This document shows, one piece after another, positions 22,324 through 26,303 of a DNA stretch of 26,303 nucleotides. The translations under genes were made by a program, and so were the position numbers. The notes under the pieces were generated by a model, which saw only the letters and a list, made by a program, of their open reading frames with translations, had not been told where the DNA came from and did no database searches. How positions within the stretch are numbered: the first letter of the stretch is position 1; every line of letters starts with the position of its first letter. This DNA is from a virus (lineage: Duplodnaviria; Caudoviricetes), in IMG/VR virus record IMGVR_UViG_3300033412_000058, positions 1-26,303 of that record, one strand, 5' to 3'.

Positions 22324-22665
22324 ATGACGGAGCAAGAGAAGAACCAACTGAATGGCCGCATCGCGGACGCCCTGTTCGGCTGGGACAAGCGCGACAGCGG
22401 CAAGTGGGCGGACCCGACCGGCGACGAGTACGACCTAGCTCCCAACTACACGGACAACAGCGGCCTGGTTGTGAGCATAGAGTACAAGCTGCGGGCTCGC
22501 GGCTTCTCCCTGAGCTTCGTCTGGCCGCTCGGGCAGGCGTGCGAGTACAAGCTGACCAAGAACGGGCAGGACTACATCGGCGTGGGCGGAGTCAAGAGCC
22601 TCGCCATCTGCCTCGCCACCCAGGCCGTGCTCGACGCGGGAGTGCTGCTTAAAGCGGACGTGTAG
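22324..22665 (+). CDS. phage ABA-sandwich-domain-like protein
   Basis: LNGRIADALFGW...PNYTDN...SLAICLA pattern; AGGAG RBS before ATG 22324. Confidence 0.65.
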   Translation: MTEQEKNQLNGRIADALFGWDKRDSGKWADPTGDEYDLAPNYTDNSGLVVSIEYKLRARGFSLSFVWPLGQACEYKLTKNGQDYIGVGGVKSLAICLATQAVLDAGVLLKADV

Positions 22666-22684
22666 GGGGATCGGGGGGTTCCAG

Positions 22685-23725
22685 ATGACCATAGAAAAAC
22701 ACCCGACTCGGGAGTTGCAGCAGCAGATCGTCGACCGGAAGTTCCTGTTCTCCCGGCCCGACCGGCTGAACCAGAAGCTGTTCGTGATCACCACGATCTT
22801 CAACGCGACGCGGTGGCGCTCGCGGTGGAGGCTGTGGGAGGACTTCGCGAAGCACGTGCAGGAGGCCGGGGCGGTGCTCATCACCGTCGAGATCGCCTTC
22901 GGCGAGCGCGAGTTCGTCCTCACGCAGGAGGGCGACATCTACGACGTGCAGCTCAGGACGAACTCCGAGATTTGGTTCAAGGAGAACGCGATCAACATCG
23001 GGGTCATGCGGGCTGTCCACCTCGGGGCCGGGAAGATCGCCTGGGTGGACGCCGACACGATGTTCGCGCGCGGGGACTGGGCCGACGAGACGCTCCACCA
23101 GCTTGAGCACTACAACTTCGTGCAGATGTGGAGCCAGTACCAGGACCTGACGCCGGACCACGAGCTGATCGGCACGGCGACGAGCTTCGCGGACAACTAC
23201 CTCAAGCACGGCTACAAGAAGCCGCCGAAAGGGAAGTGCTACTATGGCTACCCCTACGGAAAGAGAGGTTATCCGGGCGCACCGGGTCTTGCTTGGGCTG
23301 CTCGTGTCGATGCTCTTGATGCTACTGGCGGCCTTATCGACTATTGCATACTGGGGGCCTGTGATTGGTACATGGCGCACGCGATGATCGGGCGGCTCGA
23401 CGACGTGCTGCGGCCCGAGTACAACAGGCGCTACTCCGAGCTGATGCGGGAGTGGGAGGCGCGCTGCATGCGGCTCTACAACTCCAGCAAGCGGGGCATG
23501 CTCGGCGTGGTCCCCGGGCTGGCGCTGCACATGTTCCACGGGAAGAAGGTGAACAGGAAGTACGGCACGCGCGACCAGATTCTGATCGAGGCGGACTTCA
23601 ACCCGGACCTCGACCTGAAGCGCGACGCGCAGGGGCTGTACCAGCTCACGAACCGCTCGCCGAAGCTCCGCGACGAGATTCGCCGCTACTTCAGGGAGCG
23701 CAATGAAGACAGTATTGACGTCTGA
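22685..23725 (+). CDS. GT-A-fold nucleotide-sugar transferase-like protein
   Basis: WFKENAINIG, IAWVDAD (DxD), FVQMWS, PGLAWA, ILGACD, HMFHG...RKY..R. Confidence 0.75.
   Translation: MTIEKHPTRELQQQIVDRKFLFSRPDRLNQKLFVITTIFNATRWRSRWRLWEDFAKHVQEAGAVLITVEIAFGEREFVLTQEGDIYDVQLRTNSEIWFKENAINIGVMRAVHLGAGKIAWVDADTMFARGDWADETLHQLEHYNFVQMWSQYQDLTPDHELIGTATSFADNYLKHGYKKPPKGKCYYGYPYGKRGYPGAPGLAWAARVDALDATGGLIDYCILGACDWYMAHAMIGRLDDVLRPEYNRRYSELMREWEARCMRLYNSSKRGMLGVVPGLALHMFHGKKVNRKYGTRDQILIEADFNPDLDLKRDAQGLYQLTNRSPKLRDEIRRYFRERNEDSIDV
23244..23387 (+). CDS. candidate nested single-TM peptide in the +1 frame (47 aa)
   Basis: MATPTEREVIRAHRVLLGLLVSMLLMLLAALSTIAYWGPVIGTWRTR; purine-rich AAAGGGAAG upstream; the host gene switches to T-ending codons over this span. 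Confidence 0.5.
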   Translation: MATPTEREVIRAHRVLLGLLVSMLLMLLAALSTIAYWGPVIGTWRTR

Positions 23726-24027
23726 TGAACGAGATAGCGCTGACAGGATTGCAGCTCTTCCTGCTGGCGACGGATGCGGTTGGCATCTTCGCGTCGATCA
23801 TGATCGCGCAGTACTACTGGACGGAGAACAAGACATCGCCAGTGTATCTGCTGTACGTATTCTTCACGGTGCTGACGCTGGTGTTCGTGGCGCTCACCAT
23901 CTCGGACACTATGGTCATTCTCAGAGCGCCGCAATCCTGGGCCACGATGCCCATCGTGCGTGGCCTCGTGTTCAGGGCACCGCTGACAGCGTTGGAGCTG
24001 TGGATCATCAGTAGACAACATGGCTAG
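23725..24027 (+). CDS. small membrane protein with about 3 TM segments
   Basis: Three hydrophobic segments; TGATG coupling; first gene of the lysis cluster. Confidence 0.7.
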   Translation: MNEIALTGLQLFLLATDAVGIFASIMIAQYYWTENKTSPVYLLYVFFTVLTLVFVALTISDTMVILRAPQSWATMPIVRGLVFRAPLTALELWIISRQHG

Positions 24028-24373
24028 TAGACCGGCACAGCCCGACGTCCTGTTCGACCTTGCGACCAAGATGGGGGAGCTGACCGGGTCGCAACACGCG
24101 GTACTGGCGGAATTGAGCAGGCTCAACAGTGAGCTGCTGGGTCTTCGGGCCGAGCTGGATCGCAAGCACGAAGAGAATCTCAGGCTCATCGCAACCCGCC
24201 ACGATGAGAACATGACGGCGATCAACATGCACGCTGCGGACGACGCGAGGAACTTTCAGAAAATCTTTCGGTGGATGAACTACTTCTCAGGGGCGGTTGG
24301 CGTCATCACTATCATCTGGGGAATTATCAAAGTGGTCGCGCCGTTTCTGTCGTCAGTCAGACTGGGTGAATAG
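24020..24373 (+). CDS. coiled-coil protein with a C-terminal TM helix (holin/XhlA-like lysis accessory)
   Basis: Heptad region followed by YFSGAVGVITIIWGIIKVVAPFL. Confidence 0.7.
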   Translation: MASRPAQPDVLFDLATKMGELTGSQHAVLAELSRLNSELLGLRAELDRKHEENLRLIATRHDENMTAINMHAADDARNFQKIFRWMNYFSGAVGVITIIWGIIKVVAPFLSSVRLGE

Positions 24374-24382
24374 GGGGGGGGC

Positions 24383-24562
24383 ATGCGCGAAATGCTTGAT
24401 GGCAAGAAGACCTACCTCGTTGCGATAGTGCTGATCGTGTACGCCGTCGCCGGTTACTTGAGCGGCCACATGTCGCTGGACGAGGCAATTAGGAACGTGC
24501 TGGATGGACTCGGCCTGGGATTCCTCAGAGCCGGGGTGCAGAAATCTGGGCTGGAGGGATGA
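24383..24562 (+). CDS. putative holin, 59 aa (below the ORF-track size cutoff)
   Basis: MREMLDGKKTYLVAIVLIVYAVAGYLSG...LDGLGLGFLRAGVQK; hydrophobic helix plus a GKKTY...GL..LR.G pattern; ATGA overlap with the next gene. Confidence 0.7.
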   Translation: MREMLDGKKTYLVAIVLIVYAVAGYLSGHMSLDEAIRNVLDGLGLGFLRAGVQKSGLEG

Positions 24563-24924
24563 CTATGAAGGTCGTACGACTGATCGCGGTGTTGCTTTTG
24601 GTGGGGTGCTCGACGTTCTCGAAATCAATCGCTGTCACGGGAGAGTCTCTGGACGCCACGGGTCGGCAGTTCGTGCAGGTGGCGGCGCTCTACAAAGACG
24701 GGTGCGACGTGAAGAAGACTATCGCGCCGGACGAGTGCAAGAAGTTCGCTGACTTCGGGAGAAACTTCCAGAAGGTCTTCCCGACGGCGGTGGGGCTGTG
24801 GAAGTCGGCACGTGCGGCGGGCGACAGCACGACTCAGCAGGCGCTTGAGAGCAAGCTGGGCGAGCTGGCGGGCGCGTTGAGTCAGTTCAGCATAATGGCG
24901 TTCAAGGCCGTGGAGGGCAGCTAA
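24559..24924 (+). CDS. lipoprotein, possibly a spanin-like lysis component
   Basis: Signal peptide MKVVRLIAVLLLVG-C with lipobox LVGC; helical mature region; lysis context. Confidence 0.75.
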   Translation: MTMKVVRLIAVLLLVGCSTFSKSIAVTGESLDATGRQFVQVAALYKDGCDVKKTIAPDECKKFADFGRNFQKVFPTAVGLWKSARAAGDSTTQQALESKLGELAGALSQFSIMAFKAVEGS

Positions 24925-24925
24925 C

Positions 24926-25123
24926 ATGGGAGCGGAACTCGCACTGCAATTGATCCCTGGGCTCGTCGTGTCGATCGGGCAGATCGTCGCGATGATGCGC
25001 GACGATAGCATGACGCCAGAGCAGAGGGCGGCACAGCTGGATGCGATTGAGAAGCGCCTCGACGAGACGATGAAAGCTGTGCAGGCGGCGCAGCTGCCGA
25101 ACGCCGGGAGCAACAACCCGTGA
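24926..25123 (+). CDS. small helical protein, possible partner of the lipoprotein
   Basis: GGAGG RBS; hydrophobic N-terminus and charged C-terminal helix. Confidence 0.6.
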   Translation: MGAELALQLIPGLVVSIGQIVAMMRDDSMTPEQRAAQLDAIEKRLDETMKAVQAAQLPNAGSNNP

Positions 25124-25497
25124 CGATCGACTGGACTCACGTCAGGCACTTCAGCATGGACGAGTTCGCGGAGCCGGACAAGCTCCGCTGGGACATGCTG
25201 AGGATGCTGGACAACCTGCGGGAGAACTGCGGCTTCCCGATGTACGTCACGTCGAGCTACCGCGACCCGGCGCACAACGCTGCGGTCGGTGGCGTGTCCG
25301 ACAGCTCGCACTGCCTAGCGCCCGACGGCCTGTACAGCGGCGTAGACATCTCGATCACGGACGGAGCGCGTATGTTCAAGGCCGTGAAGGGGGCGCTCGC
25401 TCTCGGGTTCAACCGAATCGGCGTCTACCCGAAGCATGTCCATCTGGACATCGAGGGGCGGCTACCGCAGAACGTCATCTGGACGGGGAGCGACTAA
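25120..25497 (+). CDS. peptidase M15-family endolysin (Zn-dependent D-Ala-D-Ala peptidase fold)
   Basis: VTSSYRDPAHNAAVGG..SSH...VDI...GFNRIGVY..HVHLD, with candidate Zn ligands H, D and H. Confidence 0.88.
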   Translation: MTIDWTHVRHFSMDEFAEPDKLRWDMLRMLDNLRENCGFPMYVTSSYRDPAHNAAVGGVSDSSHCLAPDGLYSGVDISITDGARMFKAVKGALALGFNRIGVYPKHVHLDIEGRLPQNVIWTGSD

Positions 25498-25661
25498 ATG
25501 GCCTTCATACCAAGCGCATCGAGGTCCACCCGCAGACGGGCTACGAGTTCCTCTGGCCCATCGGGCGCGAGCAGCCCATGCGCGGCGGCGAGAAGATCGG
25601 CATCGAAGTGACGGCGGTCGACACCGTGAACGCGGTCGGATGGTTCTGGGCGGACGAGTAA
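25498..25661 (+). pseudogene. probable remnant of a structural gene whose start codon is out of frame with the coding-like C-terminus
   Basis: ATG 25498 (GGGGAG RBS) opens a Ser/Arg-rich junk frame. The -1 frame from 25503 reads LHTKRIEVHPQTGYEFLWPIGREQPMRGGEKIGIEVTAVDTVNAVGWFWADE* with genome-typical codons. Confidence 0.55.
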
Positions 25662-25664
25662 GCC

Positions 25665-26303
25665 ATGAGCGGAATCACCATACCGGCGACCGGGTCTGGT
25701 ACACAGAACCCATCCGTCGCCACCGAAGTAATAAGCTCAGACCATTATCAGCTGTTCAAGCTGATCGACGGTAACGTAGGCTCGTTGAGCCCGGTCGGTA
25801 CATCGGCCAACCCACTCTTTGTCAGGTACACCGTATCGACGCTGCCCATCACCGGAACGGTCTTAACACAGGGTGGTTCGCTGACGGCATTTCAAGGGGC
25901 GGCACCGTGGACCTTCATTGGCTCGGTGAACATCACGGGCGATGTGGCAGCAGGCTCGCTCGACGTAGGGTTCCCGGTAAAGATCGGTGGCTACGCTATC
26001 TCGTCTGCGTTCCCAACTTCAGTGGGAAGCGGCACCAGGGTCAACGCGCTGTTCGATAGGACCGGACGTCAGATCACGATGCTCGGCGCTCCGCTGGCGC
26101 TGCGGCAGAACAAGCACAACGATTTCACCGGGCCACTGAGCGGGACCGTCGTGTGGTCTGCTGGCGTGGCGAACCGCATAATCGTCACCGACTTCAACGT
26201 CATGGCTGGAAGCGGCACCAGCGGCATCGTCACTCTGTTCTACGCGCGATCAGGTGCTCCGATCCAGTTCACCGTCGGATCGGGCATCTGCCTGTTCCGT
26301 GCT
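25665..26303 (+). CDS. putative virion structural or fibre protein (partial, runs off the window)
   Basis: Open for 213 codons to the window end: MSGITIPATGSGTQNPSVATEVISSDHYQLFKLIDG...GFPVKIGGYA...; rich in Gly/Ser/Thr/Val. Confidence 0.75.
   Translation, partial: MSGITIPATGSGTQNPSVATEVISSDHYQLFKLIDGNVGSLSPVGTSANPLFVRYTVSTLPITGTVLTQGGSLTAFQGAAPWTFIGSVNITGDVAAGSLDVGFPVKIGGYAISSAFPTSVGSGTRVNALFDRTGRQITMLGAPLALRQNKHNDFTGPLSGTVVWSAGVANRIIVTDFNVMAGSGTSGIVTLFYARSGAPIQFTVGSGICLFRA

Overview
This window is the DNA-packaging, head and lysis region of a high-GC tailed phage or prophage, with all credible genes on the + strand. The gene order is: HTH regulator, terminase large subunit, Mu gp29/DUF935-like portal, MuF-like head morphogenesis protein, Mu gpI-like prohead protease with a nested scaffold, capsid cement protein, major capsid protein, small structural genes, a 1045-aa GT4-methyltransferase-GT2 fusion, a second GT-A-like enzyme, a holin/lipoprotein/M15 peptidase lysis cluster, and a partial structural gene. 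The most striking feature is a ~7.7 kb effector array between the portal core and the MuF core (about 4600-12310), spread over four translationally coupled ORFs. It carries ParB/Srx-like, zeta-toxin-like kinase, unknown alpha/beta, ART-like, cysteine-dioxygenase-like cupin, R-S-E ADP-ribosyltransferase and GNAT domains. Most modules are introduced by a recurring peptide tag, W-x-E-x-x-H-P-R-x-P-x-G-x-x-x-G-G-E-F-A-P (5 full and 2 partial copies, synonymously recoded). Each downstream ORF opens with a short peptide that may be the immunity factor for the toxin just upstream, and A9 tracts sit directly before two tags. Other notable signals are a HiPIP-like 4-Cys domain inside the protease/scaffold, structured leader RNAs before the portal and protease, and small membrane ORFs nested in the +1 frame of two genes. 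All family calls come from motif recognition by eye; no searches were run.
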